Source: Opitutales bacterium
GTDB taxonomy: Bacteria > Verrucomicrobiota > Verrucomicrobiia > Opitutales > UBA9783
DNA length: 32,000 nt
Assembly: GCA_024407725.1 (NCBI GenBank)
Contig: JAKSVZ010000007.1
Location: 10,192-42,191, forward strand
Direction of reading: 5' to 3'
Of this stretch, positions 31,000-32,000 are shown one piece after another. How positions within the stretch are numbered: position 1 is the stretch's first letter; each line of letters begins with the position of its first letter. The position numbers and the translations under genes are program-made. Under the pieces are notes generated by a model. The model searched no databases, was not told the origin of the DNA, and was given only the letters and a program-made list of their open reading frames with translations.

Positions 31000-31554
31000 A
31001 TGGATATTCAAGCGCTATTTAAACAAACCCCGCCCATTGGACTTATCCTGCTGTCCAATTTTCCGCAAAGCTCTTCTTGGGCGCGCAAGGTAGCCATTAT
31101 CATCCGTTATAGCAAAAAGGGGCATCCCATCGGCTTATGCATCAACGACCCTCTGCATTTAACCCTAGAGGACTTTGACGCCTCCGCACAAAGCAATTTA
31201 GCCTCCGTTCCAGTTTATCAAGGCGGTCCCATACATCCCAATAAGCTTATCCTAACGGGCATTGTTCTGGATCCCAAGCAACACAAACTCCATTGGCGTT
31301 TCGATTGCGACCCCATCAACTTACCCCCTTCCGAATCCGCTTCCATTAACTACAAAGCATTTCGCGGGTATATCGATTGGAGCGAAGGACAGCTTACCGA
31401 TGAAATTCAGAAAAAATTGTGGTTACCCATCCCCCTCACCTTTCAATCGATCCTTGAGGTCGATAATCCCAAATTGTGGGATACCCTCATGCTCAAATTC
31501 TACCCATTTCTCCTAAAAAACCCCGATTCTCCCGAAAACCCATCACTCAATTAA
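31000..31554 (+). CDS. YqgE/AlgH family protein (UPF0301/DUF179)
   Basis: 184 aa ORF. The pattern LLSNFPQSSSWARKVAIIIRYSKKGHPIGLCINDP...VYQGGPIHPNKL...GYIDWSEGQL is typical of the family. Confidence 0.7.
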   Translation: MDIQALFKQTPPIGLILLSNFPQSSSWARKVAIIIRYSKKGHPIGLCINDPLHLTLEDFDASAQSNLASVPVYQGGPIHPNKLILTGIVLDPKQHKLHWRFDCDPINLPPSESASINYKAFRGYIDWSEGQLTDEIQKKLWLPIPLTFQSILEVDNPKLWDTLMLKFYPFLLKNPDSPENPSLN

Positions 31555-31654
31555 CGGAATAACCTTGCGCTCCTCATCCCTTTATTTTTGGATAAAGAAG
31601 AAGTAAGTTTTAGCCTACTTTGATAGTTGGTTCATCAGGACTTACGGACGAAGT

Positions 31655-31729
31655 GCGAGCGTAGCTCAGAGGTAGAGCGTCACCTTCCCAAGGTGGACGT
31701 CGTGGGTTCGAACCCCATCGCTCGCTCCA
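31655..31729 (+). tRNA. tRNA-Gly (anticodon CCC)
   Basis: GCGAGCG-TA-GCTC-AGAGGT-AGAGC-G-TCACC-TTCCCAA-GGTGG-ACGTC-GTGGG-TTCGAAC-CCCAT-CGCTCGC-T-CCA. Confidence 0.92.
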
Positions 31730-31850
31730 AAACGCCCCCATTTCAATGGGATAATCCCTACAAAAATATTGAAAATACTACCTAGAAAATTTCCTTTAAA
31801 AAATATCGGAAAATACAAAATCCAAAACAAACTTACTTTTCCCTTCTAAG

Positions 31851-31949
31851 GCTTGACAAACAAGTAAATTGATGGTAAATTATAAATACTCTAGGATTTA
31901 CAAGACTCAATTATATATATTTTAATTGTAAATACTCCTCTAGTCAAGC
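31851..31949. repeat. Convergent-promoter cassette U5 (IR GCTTGAC / GTCAAGC, 85 nt spacer), dispersed copy
   Basis: Plus strand: TTGACA(31853-58)-17-TAAATT. Minus strand: TTGACT(31947-42)-17-TAAAAT(31924-19). It lies 3.3 kb from the main array and 120 nt after tRNA-Gly. Confidence 0.7.
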
Positions 31950-32000
31950 TTTTAAGCATTGTGGCAATCAACAGCCTCAAGCAATAATCGCTATTAAAAC

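Noticed and set aside
27150-32000. I looked for sigma-54 promoters (TGGCAC-N5-TTGC) near the activator gene. Candidates were ttggcaaatgatttca (27526) and gtggcaatcaacagcc (31971).
   Set aside because: The GG and GC dinucleotides are not at the required N10 spacing in any candidate.

Overview
This looks like a compact bacterial chromosome segment, moderately AT-rich by eye and made up mostly of housekeeping genes. They are mutL (3' part), a capD-like dehydratase, rpsA, eno, tgt, gyrA, gyrB, frr, pyrH, prmC, rpmB, serS, a Mip-type FKBP, a sigma-54 activator, plsC, a dCMP deaminase and yqgE. There are also eight tRNAs, all with encoded CCA. The gene content and local order (tgt, membrane protein, gyrA, gyrB; mip; a CtcC/AtoC-like activator; frr, pyrH) suggest a Chlamydiae/PVC-like organism, but that is inference only. 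No transposase, integrase, CRISPR array or recognisable defence genes are visible.

The most unusual signal is non-coding. The 1.4 kb gap between the convergent mip and sigma-54 activator genes (27150-28540), and a second site after tRNA-Gly (31851-31949), hold a family of ~100 bp cassettes. Each cassette is bounded by the inverted repeat GCTTGAC/GTCAAGC at a fixed 84-86 nt spacing. Each arm also serves as the -35 box of an inward-facing sigma-70-type promoter, so each cassette carries a face-to-face promoter pair. Three cassettes sit directly after homologous bidirectional hairpin terminators. That arrangement predicts a family of ~95-105 nt minus-strand sRNAs, each with a 5'-overlapping antisense partner.

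Other points of interest:
- serS carries a single in-frame TAG.
- An 8 bp tandem repeat sits exactly at the frameshift junction of a split SGNH-like gene, making it a phase-variation candidate.
- A tandem pair of diverged Asn/Gln-rich paralogs has no signal peptide and may encode secreted effectors.
- A duplicated remnant of the mip 3' end lies inside the cassette array.
- The MutL C-terminal domain has degenerate endonuclease motifs.
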